Origin: a virus
Lineage: Duplodnaviria > Caudoviricetes
Direction: 5' to 3' (one strand)
Length of the DNA: 64,000 nucleotides
IMG/VR virus record: IMGVR_UViG_3300032226_000829
The notes below the pieces were generated by a model. That model saw only the letters and a program-made list of their open reading frames with translations, was not told where the DNA came from and made no database searches. Both the position numbers and the translations under genes were made by a program. Shown in pieces: positions 39,505 to 48,019 of the stretch (its first letter is position 1; each line of letters starts with the position of its first letter).

Positions 39505-39689
39505 AAATTACAGATTACAAAACTCATAAAAAAACTATCTCCAAGGAAGATCAAGAAGTATTCGATTGGATTGGACAGCAATTACAAGATGTTTATGATG
39601 GCAAGAATGTATATCTTTCAGATGAGTCAGTGGAGAAAGATAAACAAGCATGGTTAAAAACACAAATCACAACAGAGGAGATCAAATAA
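39498..39689 (+). CDS. Small hypothetical protein
   Basis: Overlapping ORF in the operon. Confidence 0.5.
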   Translation: MVKITDYKTHKKTISKEDQEVFDWIGQQLQDVYDGKNVYLSDESVEKDKQAWLKTQITTEEIK

Positions 39690-39690
39690 C

Positions 39691-39966
39691 ATGTGGGAAA
39701 TGATTGAAAGAATGGTAGGAGATCGTCTGTGGATATACACAGGCATAATGGGTTCAATATTTGGTGCATTGTTTCTGACCTATATCAAAGACACTCGCAT
39801 TGGCTTATGGGTGTACAGCAAGTGGGACGGAGCCATTGATTTCTTGCGTGATAGATATGGTTGGACTTGGTTAAATCAAGATCCAGATGCTTGGAAAAAA
39901 TCAAATCCTGGTGCGGCCAAAAAGATAGACGAATTAGAAGCAAGAATTAAAAGATTGGAAAAATAA
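39691..39966 (+). CDS. Small membrane protein
   Basis: One TM plus C-terminal coiled coil; AGGAG RBS. Confidence 0.6.
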   Translation: MWEMIERMVGDRLWIYTGIMGSIFGALFLTYIKDTRIGLWVYSKWDGAIDFLRDRYGWTWLNQDPDAWKKSNPGAAKKIDELEARIKRLEK

Positions 39967-39968
39967 TC

Positions 39969-40295
39969 ATGGTCAAGATGAAAGATTTCACAGCAATTAC
40001 CAGAGACAATATGGGATATGATGTGGTAGAGGACATATATCAATTCATGTTGAATGACAGTGTTTTTTTTAGGAAACATTTCTTTCCAGTGGCCAAACAA
40101 GTCACAGACAATCATATGATTGAAAAAGATGTCAACATGTGGAGCAATTGTGTGGAAAATGCCATCCAAGAATATTTTAAAAAATTTAAAATCAAAGCCA
40201 AACCAGAAAAAATAATCAATGCAGATGATCGCGTGAATCTTGTGGGCAAGATTACCAAAGGGTTGGCACAACATCCGGTCAAGAATGCACAATGA
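39969..40295 (+). CDS. Hypothetical protein
   Basis: 108-aa ORF. Confidence 0.6.
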   Translation: MVKMKDFTAITRDNMGYDVVEDIYQFMLNDSVFFRKHFFPVAKQVTDNHMIEKDVNMWSNCVENAIQEYFKKFKIKAKPEKIINADDRVNLVGKITKGLAQHPVKNAQ

Positions 40296-40858
40296 GACTC
40301 ATAGAAATAAGTCAGCCAGCGCCTAAAATTGCCGCATTTGCTTACGGCAGAATGAATCCACCCACCACAGGTCATAAAAAATTAGTGGATACCATTGCGT
40401 CTCAGCCAGGAGATCATTTTTTATTTTTAACACACACTCAAGATGCCAAAACAAATCCTTTGAGTTTTGAAGACAAAGTGCTGTATGCTCAAAAAATGTT
40501 CCCCACAGTCACAGTGGGAGATGCAGGAGTTAAAACCATCATTGATGCCATGAAGAAATTACAAGGCATGGGCTACCGAGATATCATATATGTGGCAGGT
40601 TCAGACAGAGTACAACAATTTGATCAATTGCTGAGCAAATACAATGGCAAAGATTATCAGTTTGACAGTATTAGAACTGTGAATGCTGGCATGAGAGATC
40701 CAGATGCCGAAGGTGCTGCAGGTGTGAGTGCCAGCAAAGCCCGTGAATATGCTGTGCAAGGTGCTAGACGCAGCTTTTTAAGCACCATTCCCGCAGATGA
40801 AAAAATTGGCAACGAGATATATCAAAAAATACGTCAAAACCTAAAGCAAACAGCATAA
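40292..40858 (+). CDS. Cytidylyltransferase-like (HxGH nucleotidyltransferase superfamily) protein
   Basis: FAYGRMNPPTTGHKKL, VAGSDR, GVSASKAR. Confidence 0.8.
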   Translation: MRLIEISQPAPKIAAFAYGRMNPPTTGHKKLVDTIASQPGDHFLFLTHTQDAKTNPLSFEDKVLYAQKMFPTVTVGDAGVKTIIDAMKKLQGMGYRDIIYVAGSDRVQQFDQLLSKYNGKDYQFDSIRTVNAGMRDPDAEGAAGVSASKAREYAVQGARRSFLSTIPADEKIGNEIYQKIRQNLKQTA

Positions 40859-40865
40859 ATATTGT

Positions 40866-41084
40866 ATGAACGAGATTGATAAATTAAAAAAACTGGCAGG
40901 CATAGACACTCTTTCACACACAATGCCATCAGTGGAAAATATCAGTCACACAGCACAGGCATTAAAAGACAAAGAAAAAAAATTAGGCTTGAAACCAGGT
41001 GATCCAGATTGGTTCAAACTGTGGTTCAGTCTGCCACACATGACTGGTTCAGTAGACAGTAAATTTAGAGGAAGAAAGAAATGA
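40866..41084 (+). CDS. Small late protein
   Basis: ATAAATA 4 nt upstream. Confidence 0.6.
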   Translation: MNEIDKLKKLAGIDTLSHTMPSVENISHTAQALKDKEKKLGLKPGDPDWFKLWFSLPHMTGSVDSKFRGRKK

Positions 41085-42196
41085 AGCTAAGACACATCAT
41101 CAACGAAATGGGTTCTAGAATGCCATCATCTATGGTAAAAACTAAATCTAAACTGGACATGATGAATCCAGATGAGATTAGAGCGTTCTTTAAAAATAGA
41201 GAAGATTTTGCAGCACAACACAGAGGCGGAAAGATAGCACCAGGATTTTCAGCCAAAGAATTAGCACAGAGACAGGAGTTCAGCTATGGCAGAGAATTTG
41301 CCAAAGGTCGTCCTTACTCTAAACATTTTGAAAGCACAGAATTAGACGAAGGTTTAAAAGATTGGTTACAAAAAATGGCTGTGGCTGGAATTATTGTGGG
41401 CAGTGTGGCAGGCATAGGTTCCATCAATAATGCCATCAATAATAATGTGCCAGTGATACAAGCCATGAACAAAGCATTAGATGTTGCTAATCAAAAAGGC
41501 GACAAACAATTGATACAGAACATAAAACAAGATATTGATGTGGCTAAAATAAGTTTGGATTCAGGCAAAGATTTGAATACTGTAAAGCAATTACAAGATA
41601 GATATGCAAAATTTATGCCAGCTGATTATAAACCTTCTACTCCTGCTCCTAAATTTAAAGAAGCAGAACAGAACATTGCATATGATCCTACAAATAACAA
41701 ATACGAACATCCTGAATATATTGTATTCTATGCAAAAAGTCGTTCTCACAAAATGAAAGGCGAATATTTTGATTCAAAAGAAGAAGCAGAAAAATTTAGA
41801 GATCAATTGATAGCACAAAAATTTAAAATTGTAGATCTTACACCTTATATGGATCACGTAAATGCTTTAACAAGAAGAAATCGACCATCTAATCCTAAGA
41901 CAGTGGGCGAAGAAGTGGCTAAAACAGACACACTGACCATAGACATACCTATGTTTATTAGATTGATGGAATATGCCAGAGAAGATGCCAAGACTGATAT
42001 GGATCTACACAATGTTACCACAAATTTATTAAAGATCAAAGACAAAACTATCAGCATGGCTGATTATGATCAAGTGGTTCAGTCCACAGATGTTGACACT
42101 GCTGACGAAAGTTTCAAAGATAAAATTGCTAAAAAAATTGTTCAACCCATAAAAGATTACAACAAAGATAAAGAGCAAGAACCAAAAAAATCTTAA
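41081..42196 (+). CDS. Multi-module candidate internal head protein
   Basis: MKLRHIINE tag; unrelated modules separated by Glu-ending linkers. Confidence 0.6.
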   Translation: MKLRHIINEMGSRMPSSMVKTKSKLDMMNPDEIRAFFKNREDFAAQHRGGKIAPGFSAKELAQRQEFSYGREFAKGRPYSKHFESTELDEGLKDWLQKMAVAGIIVGSVAGIGSINNAINNNVPVIQAMNKALDVANQKGDKQLIQNIKQDIDVAKISLDSGKDLNTVKQLQDRYAKFMPADYKPSTPAPKFKEAEQNIAYDPTNNKYEHPEYIVFYAKSRSHKMKGEYFDSKEEAEKFRDQLIAQKFKIVDLTPYMDHVNALTRRNRPSNPKTVGEEVAKTDTLTIDIPMFIRLMEYAREDAKTDMDLHNVTTNLLKIKDKTISMADYDQVVQSTDVDTADESFKDKIAKKIVQPIKDYNKDKEQEPKKS

Positions 42197-42200
42197 TCAT

Positions 42201-42362
42201 ATGATCAAAGAAAAACCATACTGTGTCAACTGCGGTGGGTCAACTCATTGTGGTAAAACTTTCAAAAGAAAAGAGAGCGAAACTGTCAATAACAAAGTCA
42301 CACGTGAATGGACCATAGAAGTATGCCGCAATTGTTGTTGTTCAAAATGTGACAAAGAGTAA
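42201..42362 (+). CDS. 53-aa Cys-rich Zn-finger-like protein (not in ORF track)
   Basis: MIKEKPYCVNCGGSTHCGK...VCRNCCCSKCDKE; TAATG overlap with the next gene. Confidence 0.7.
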   Translation: MIKEKPYCVNCGGSTHCGKTFKRKESETVNNKVTREWTIEVCRNCCCSKCDKE

Positions 42363-43081
42363 TGAAAATAGCCGAAATCACACATACCAAAATAACACTT
42401 GATTTGCACAACGAAAAGTTGTATAATAATACTTGCATGACAGAACAAAATCAAGTGAGACCCACTGTGTATTTGGACATGGATGGTGTGATTGCTGACT
42501 TTTTTGGTGGAGTGGAGAAATTGTACGGTGTGGATCACTGGAAACAATTGACTTCTGACAAAACCAAAGATCTCAAACAAGAAGTGATAGACAGAATAGC
42601 CGGCACAGATTTCTTTGCTAATCTGCCTAAATTTCCCACAACTGACACACTGATTGAAATGATTAAAAAATTCACTGGTGGAAAATACAGCATACTAACA
42701 TCTCCATTGAGAGGTGACACTGAAAACAGTGGATATTACAAAAAGATTTGGATAGGTAAAAACATAGTCAAGCCTGATGAGATTATTGTTACAGGCAGCA
42801 AAGAAGGTTGGGCCACAAAGAATGGTGTGAGCAACATATTGATTGACGATAGACCTATCAATATTGAAAAGTGGCGTGCCAAAGGTGGATATGGCATACT
42901 GTATCAAGCCAACAAAGATCCATTGAGCAAAGTCACACAAGCATTTGAAAATTATCATAAAAAACAATTGGAACCTGTGGAAGATGCAGCAGGCGTGGGC
43001 ATCATTACCAAACAAAATACCACTCGAGATGTCAAACCAGGTGAGATCCGCAGACAAGCAAAAAAATTAAAACTGGTTTAA
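42362..43081 (+). CDS. HAD-family 5'(3')-deoxyribonucleotidase-like (NT5C type) with N-terminal tag
   Basis: YLDMDGVIADF, ILTSP, K, LIDDRPIN, GGYGILY; MKIAEI leader; second Met at 42437. Confidence 0.82.
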   Translation: MKIAEITHTKITLDLHNEKLYNNTCMTEQNQVRPTVYLDMDGVIADFFGGVEKLYGVDHWKQLTSDKTKDLKQEVIDRIAGTDFFANLPKFPTTDTLIEMIKKFTGGKYSILTSPLRGDTENSGYYKKIWIGKNIVKPDEIIVTGSKEGWATKNGVSNILIDDRPINIEKWRAKGGYGILYQANKDPLSKVTQAFENYHKKQLEPVEDAAGVGIITKQNTTRDVKPGEIRRQAKKLKLV

Positions 43082-43085
43082 TACC

Positions 43086-43289
43086 ATGAAGATTCGTGAA
43101 GTAACAGAAAATTTTGCAGATGGCAAAGGTCCAGGCAAACCAGGTGACAGCAAGCGAGCAGGCATACCCAAAGGTGCTACCATCACACAATTAAAGAAGA
43201 TACGCAGTTCTAAAACAGCATCCGCACGCAAGAAACAACTGGCACACTGGCAGATAAACATGCGCCAAGGTCGCAAACGCAATAAATAA
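43086..43289 (+). CDS. Small basic tagged protein
   Basis: MKIREVTE|NFADGKGPGKPG... Confidence 0.7.
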   Translation: MKIREVTENFADGKGPGKPGDSKRAGIPKGATITQLKKIRSSKTASARKKQLAHWQINMRQGRKRNK

Positions 43290-43306
43290 TAGTGTAAAAC
43301 ACTATT

Positions 43307-43468
43307 ATGAAACTCAAAGAAATCACTCAAGGACTGCAAGAAAAACAGGATGCCTGCTATCGTAAGGTCAAATCCAGATACAAAGTGTGGCCCAGTGCCT
43401 ATGCATCAGGTGCATTGGTTCAGTGTCGTAAAAAAGGTGCAGCCAACTGGGGCAACAAGAGCAAATGA
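43307..43468 (+). CDS. 53-aa basic tagged protein (not in ORF track)
   Basis: MKLKEITQGLQE|KQDACYRKVKSRYKVWPSAYASGALVQCRKKGAANWG. Confidence 0.75.
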   Translation: MKLKEITQGLQEKQDACYRKVKSRYKVWPSAYASGALVQCRKKGAANWGNKSK

Positions 43469-43809
43469 AATATAGAGAGATTTTAGAAAAATGCTGGCAA
43501 GGTTATGTGCAGCGTGGCATGAAACCCAAAGGTGATAGAATGGTACCCAACTGTGTGCCCGTGAAGGAAATGGAAGAAGATTTAAAAAAATGGTTCCGTC
43601 AGAAGTGGGTGAGATTTGGTCCAGACGGCAAAATCAAAGGTGATTGTGCCAGAGGTTCTAGTAAAGAAGGCAAGCCCAAATGTTTGCCACAAGCCAAAGC
43701 ACACGCACTGGGTAAAAAAGGTCGTGCCACAGCAGCAGCAAGAAAAAGACGCGAGGATCCCAATCCAGAACGTCGTGGCTCTGCCAAGAATGTGAAGACA
43801 AAAAAATGA
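43465..43809 (+). CDS. Two-module basic tagged protein
   Basis: MKYREILE|KCWQGY...VPNCVP / MEE|DLKKWFRQKWV...GKPKCLP. Confidence 0.75.
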   Translation: MKYREILEKCWQGYVQRGMKPKGDRMVPNCVPVKEMEEDLKKWFRQKWVRFGPDGKIKGDCARGSSKEGKPKCLPQAKAHALGKKGRATAAARKRREDPNPERRGSAKNVKTKK

Positions 43810-43997
43810 AGATACGTGAAATAGTAGAATCCCGAGCAGATTATCATTACGGCATTGATCCAGCACAGTTGAGCTACACATTCAAAGTGGGCGATATATA
43901 CGGTCCAAAAAATCTCAAAGTGCCACACGCAAGGCTTTACAAAGGTGGCAAAGCAGTGAAAAAGCTGGGCATCACTGTGCCCAAAGTTCACAAATAA
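43806..43997 (+). CDS. Small tagged protein
   Basis: MKIREIVE. Confidence 0.65.
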   Translation: MKIREIVESRADYHYGIDPAQLSYTFKVGDIYGPKNLKVPHARLYKGGKAVKKLGITVPKVHK

Positions 43998-44035
43998 TCC
44001 CAAACACCACATAAATACAGCATAGGCGAAACACA

Positions 44036-44236
44036 ATGAAAATAAGAGACATCATAAGAGAAGTGGCTTCTGTGGGATCAACGTCTGCGGGCAATATTGC
44101 CAGCATAGCCAATCCACAAGTGACCAATCCTTATGCTTACAAAAGTGCCAAAGCCAAACCCAAAAAACAAAAACCCACTGATAATGCACTGGACATGAAA
44201 AACGTCAGCATATTCGGCGGCCCATTAAAAAGATAA
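44036..44236 (+). CDS. Small tagged protein
   Basis: MKIRDIIRE; late promoter at 44011. Confidence 0.65.
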   Translation: MKIRDIIREVASVGSTSAGNIASIANPQVTNPYAYKSAKAKPKKQKPTDNALDMKNVSIFGGPLKR

Positions 44237-44244
44237 ATACTCAT

Positions 44245-44622
44245 ATGAAATACAAACAGATCAAAGAAGGTTTAGGAGATGCAGCTCACAAAGCAGAGTT
44301 GGATCACGAAGTTCAAATGGCTCGTGCTGACTTATACAAGTTGGCCAAATACAGCATCAAACTGCATGAGTTATTAAAGAACGTTTCCGAAGCAGAAGGT
44401 CTGGAAGGTTGGGTTCAAGCCAAGATTACTAAAGCATCTGATTACATCAGTTCTGTGTATCATTACATGGATTATGATGAAAAATTTGATCAAGCTGAAA
44501 TTGACAGCATACCTGTGCAAGACATTGCGAAACAATCCGACGGCAAAATAGAAACCTACGAAGAGATTCTTTTTAAAATCTTAAATAAAAAAGTCACAGA
44601 GAAGAAAAATAACAAAAAATAA
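44245..44622 (+). CDS. Tagged hypothetical protein
   Basis: MKYKQIKE; late promoter at 44233. Confidence 0.7.
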   Translation: MKYKQIKEGLGDAAHKAELDHEVQMARADLYKLAKYSIKLHELLKNVSEAEGLEGWVQAKITKASDYISSVYHYMDYDEKFDQAEIDSIPVQDIAKQSDGKIETYEEILFKILNKKVTEKKNNKK

Positions 44623-44639
44623 AAAATTGGAGTGCTGGA

Positions 44640-45158
44640 ATGAAAATTAATGAAATAGTTTCAGAAGCACCTTTTGTCAAAGCATTAAAAAGTTTCCCTG
44701 CTCAAGCAACCAAAGCTATAAAAAATTTCCCCAATCAAATAAAACAAGGCGCCAAAGACGTTAAACAAACAGTAAAAAACTTTCCAGGAAGTGTTCAAAA
44801 TTATTTGTCAAAAGACGACAATATGTCTAAAATAGCCACTGATATTTCCACCATAGGTGGTGGCCCAGGTCTTAAAGACTATGGAGCTGGTGACAAATCA
44901 TCAGATGCACAATTTCAGGATCTGTTAAATGTGCTACAGGATAAATCCTTGAGCAAAAAAATTGACAAGCAAAAAATTACCACAGCAATGACAAACATGT
45001 ATCAATCAGATAAACAACTTCCCACTGATAGACAGTATTTTATAAATGCAATCAAGCATTTATCCGCAACACATCCAGCGATCACGCCTGATAAAATATA
45101 CAGCGAGTATAAACCAATATTCAAAAGATATCAAATCAATCCTAACGAAATAAAATAA
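44640..45158 (+). CDS. Tagged hypothetical protein with K(S/N)FP repeats
   Basis: MKINEIVSE; KSFP/KNFP/KNFP. Confidence 0.65.
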   Translation: MKINEIVSEAPFVKALKSFPAQATKAIKNFPNQIKQGAKDVKQTVKNFPGSVQNYLSKDDNMSKIATDISTIGGGPGLKDYGAGDKSSDAQFQDLLNVLQDKSLSKKIDKQKITTAMTNMYQSDKQLPTDRQYFINAIKHLSATHPAITPDKIYSEYKPIFKRYQINPNEIK

Positions 45159-45178
45159 TTGATTGATAACTATTGTGT

Positions 45179-45829
45179 ATGAATTTCGTAGTGAACACGC
45201 CATACATTCAAGCCTACATCAAAAAAGAATATCTGTATGACTTTCAAAAAGGTCATGGAGAATTTGTGCCTTGCACTTGGGTCACATTAAAGTCTATTCC
45301 TCGCAGAGCATTCTACATAGAAGCATATCTACCAGAATATGGTGCATTGTATGACAAATTGCCTTTGAGTGCATTCACTTGGCGCACAGATATCAAACCA
45401 GAAGAACAGTTGCCTTTGGATTACTTGCAATTGTGGGATGGTTTCAGCTATCATATCACCATCATTGAAAAACAATATCTACAGTACAGCCGAGTGGATG
45501 TGATTCTCAAAGATGGCAAAAAGATGTCAGGGGTATATCTGTTCACAGTGGACAGTGCTCATTCAGATCCCAACACTCCCAATGTGACTGAATCAGAAGT
45601 GCCATCTGAACACAAAGGACACAACATAGGCCAATTGGACAATGGTCAATTTTTTGCTCAGCCCAACAATAGAATGATCTGGCATGAATCCAGTGCCAAT
45701 CCAGGCAAGTTAAAAACACCCGATTTCAAAGTGAGTACCAAATATTGGCACTGTGAACAGAATGCCAAATGGGTGTTTGGTGATTCTGATGAATATTTTT
45801 ACAAAGAATCCAAAAAAGAAGACAAATAA
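45179..45829 (+). CDS. Hypothetical protein
   Basis: EHK...LDNGQFFAQPNNR segment; normal codon usage. Confidence 0.75.
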   Translation: MNFVVNTPYIQAYIKKEYLYDFQKGHGEFVPCTWVTLKSIPRRAFYIEAYLPEYGALYDKLPLSAFTWRTDIKPEEQLPLDYLQLWDGFSYHITIIEKQYLQYSRVDVILKDGKKMSGVYLFTVDSAHSDPNTPNVTESEVPSEHKGHNIGQLDNGQFFAQPNNRMIWHESSANPGKLKTPDFKVSTKYWHCEQNAKWVFGDSDEYFYKESKKEDK

Positions 45830-45890
45830 ACCTTGACAATTGTGTGATAATCGATTACAATATAACAATCTAAATCAAAGGAGAAATAAA

Positions 45891-46148
45891 ATGGCAAGAA
45901 CATATGGCCCAGAAGAACAAGCCAAACTGAAAAAAATAGTGGATGAAGGTGTTAATGTGCTTTCAGAAATTGAAGATTTAAGCACAGGTTTGAAAGACAC
46001 TATCAAAGCAGTGGCAGAAGAATTAGAAATTAAACCAGCCATCATCAACAGAGCAATCAAAATTGCTCAAAAAGGTGATTGGAACAAAGTTGCTGAAGAG
46101 TTTGACAATTTAGAAAACTTGGTGATAGCAGTAGGCAAAGACAAGTAA
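45891..46148 (+). CDS. T4 DsbA/GapR(DUF2312)-like dsDNA-binding protein
   Basis: KLKKIVDEG...LKDTIKAVAEELEIKPAIINRAIKIAQK; promoter TTGACA-N17-TACAAT at 45833; AGGAG RBS. Confidence 0.65.
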   Translation: MARTYGPEEQAKLKKIVDEGVNVLSEIEDLSTGLKDTIKAVAEELEIKPAIINRAIKIAQKGDWNKVAEEFDNLENLVIAVGKDK

Positions 46149-46157
46149 TCTATTAAG

Positions 46158-46382
46158 ATGATTAGATGGGTCGCAGCAGGGTTTGGTATCACAGCAGCCA
46201 CCATTCATGCCACGGCCATCATCTCCCTACAATGGTTGGGTTGGCTGATCTGCCTAGCATCCATATCCTTATGGTATTATATTGCCATACTGGACAAAGA
46301 CAGAGCTAGACAAACTCAACAGATATATTTTCTTATCATTGCTGTGATAGCAGTGTACAATTGGTCAAAACACATTTGGTAA
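46158..46382 (+). CDS. Small multi-TM protein
   Basis: Three hydrophobic segments. Confidence 0.6.
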   Translation: MIRWVAAGFGITAATIHATAIISLQWLGWLICLASISLWYYIAILDKDRARQTQQIYFLIIAVIAVYNWSKHIW

Positions 46383-46386
46383 TCCT

Positions 46387-46680
46387 ATGAAGTACATCAT
46401 TGACATTGACAACACAATTTGCTATAATAAAGACAGCGATTATGTCAACAGTACACCTGACATCACACGCATAGCCCGAGTTAATCAGTTGTATGATGAT
46501 GGACACGAGATTCATTATTACACAGCAAGAGGTGGCAACAGTGGCAAAGACTGGAGTGAGTTAACTCGTCAACAGTTGACTGAATGGGGGTGCAAATTCC
46601 ATTCAGTAAATTTGGGCAAACCAGTGTATGATGTTTGGGTGGATGACAGAGCTGTTAAAGCAGAGGATTTTTTTAAATGA
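46387..46680 (+). CDS. Minimal HAD-family phosphatase
   Basis: IDIDNTI, YTARG, GKP, VDDRA. Confidence 0.8.
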   Translation: MKYIIDIDNTICYNKDSDYVNSTPDITRIARVNQLYDDGHEIHYYTARGGNSGKDWSELTRQQLTEWGCKFHSVNLGKPVYDVWVDDRAVKAEDFFK

Positions 46681-47735
46681 GAATAGATTATAACATACAT
46701 TTGGATTACGCAGACGTACTATTAAAACCCAAAAGATCCACACTGAGTTCAAGACGTGATGTGGACATGACTAGAGATTTCACATTTCGTAACAGCAAAC
46801 AGCAGATCTCATTTGTGCCTGTGGTTGCCAGCAACATGGATGGTGTGGGCACATTCAGTATGGCCAGAGTATTACAAGAATATAAACTTTTAACTGTGTT
46901 AAGAAAACATTACACCATTGCGGATTGGGACAGAGCAATAGGCACAGGATTAAAATTACAATATGTGAGTGCGTGTACAGGCACAGGAGCTATGTGGGAC
47001 AACAATTCACCAGACTATCAAACTTTAAAAAAAGTTATGGAGAAATATCCAGATGTGAGCATGATTACCATAGATGTGGCCAATGCTTATCATGAACAGT
47101 TTGTGGACTTTGTTAAGAGAATAAGATCTGAATTTCCCGACAAGACCATCATAGCAGGCAATGTGGTATCACCAGAGATGGTGGAAGAATTAATCATCAA
47201 TGGAGCAGACGTGGTCAAAGTGGGCATAGGTCCAGGATCAGTGTGTACCACTCGTACACAAACAGGAGTGGGAGTGCCACAGTTTTCTGCCATCATAGAA
47301 TGTGCTGATGCTGCCAACGGAGTGGGTGGACACATCATTGCTGATGGTGGTTGCACACAGCCAGGAGACATAGCCAAAGCATTGGCTGCAGGTGCTCACA
47401 TGGTGATGTTGGGTGGCATGCTGGCAGCACATGATGAATCAGAATTAGAATTGAAAGATGGCAAAAGAGTATTCTACGGCATGAGTTCCGAATCAGCATT
47501 TGAAAAACACGGCGCAAGAAAAGATGGCTACAGAGGCACTGAAGGCAAAACAGTAAAATTAGACAACAAAGGTCCTGTGAAAGACACTGTGGAACAGATA
47601 TTGGGTGGAGTCAGAAGCACTTGCACTTATATAGGAGCAAGAAGAATCAAAGACATGCCCAAGTGTGCTCACTTCGTGAGAGTGAACAATGTGATCAACA
47701 GAGTTTTTGACAGATATGAAACAAATAAAAATTGA
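46677..47735 (+). CDS. guaC: GMP reductase
   Basis: LDYADVLLKPKRS, SNMDGVG, IDVANAY, KVGIGPGSVCTTR, ADGG, FYGMSS, GGVRSTCTYIGA. Confidence 0.93.
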   Translation: MRIDYNIHLDYADVLLKPKRSTLSSRRDVDMTRDFTFRNSKQQISFVPVVASNMDGVGTFSMARVLQEYKLLTVLRKHYTIADWDRAIGTGLKLQYVSACTGTGAMWDNNSPDYQTLKKVMEKYPDVSMITIDVANAYHEQFVDFVKRIRSEFPDKTIIAGNVVSPEMVEELIINGADVVKVGIGPGSVCTTRTQTGVGVPQFSAIIECADAANGVGGHIIADGGCTQPGDIAKALAAGAHMVMLGGMLAAHDESELELKDGKRVFYGMSSESAFEKHGARKDGYRGTEGKTVKLDNKGPVKDTVEQILGGVRSTCTYIGARRIKDMPKCAHFVRVNNVINRVFDRYETNKN

Positions 47736-47955
47736 TCTAATTCTCAAATGGATAGCCACAGCCATATTGATTGTGGGCACATTTGTTAATGCTGGATTTC
47801 CAGAACTATATCCCGTGGGACCAATACTGTTGGCCTTGGGTGGAGTATTTTGGTTGGTAGTTTCATTGATTTGGCGAGAACCTGCACTGATTGTGACCAA
47901 CATTGTGTTGACATGTGTGGGCTTTGGTGGTATAATACTATATTACATTAGATAA
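47716..47955 (+). CDS. Small multi-TM protein (similar pattern to 46158)
   Basis: LKWIATAILIVG... three hydrophobic segments. Confidence 0.6.
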   Translation: MKQIKIDLILKWIATAILIVGTFVNAGFPELYPVGPILLALGGVFWLVVSLIWREPALIVTNIVLTCVGFGGIILYYIR

Positions 47956-48007
47956 GGCATAATCGGCCATAAGCGATTATTTGGTATGTGTCAGCCTTAA
48001 ATGACAC
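47953..48007 (+). promoter_or_regulatory. Structured leader / candidate translational operator of the DNA polymerase
   Basis: ATAATCG/CGATTAT and GTGTCA/TGACAC stems with near-identical 8-nt loops. Confidence 0.45.
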
Positions 48008-48019
48008 GGATTGGAACAT

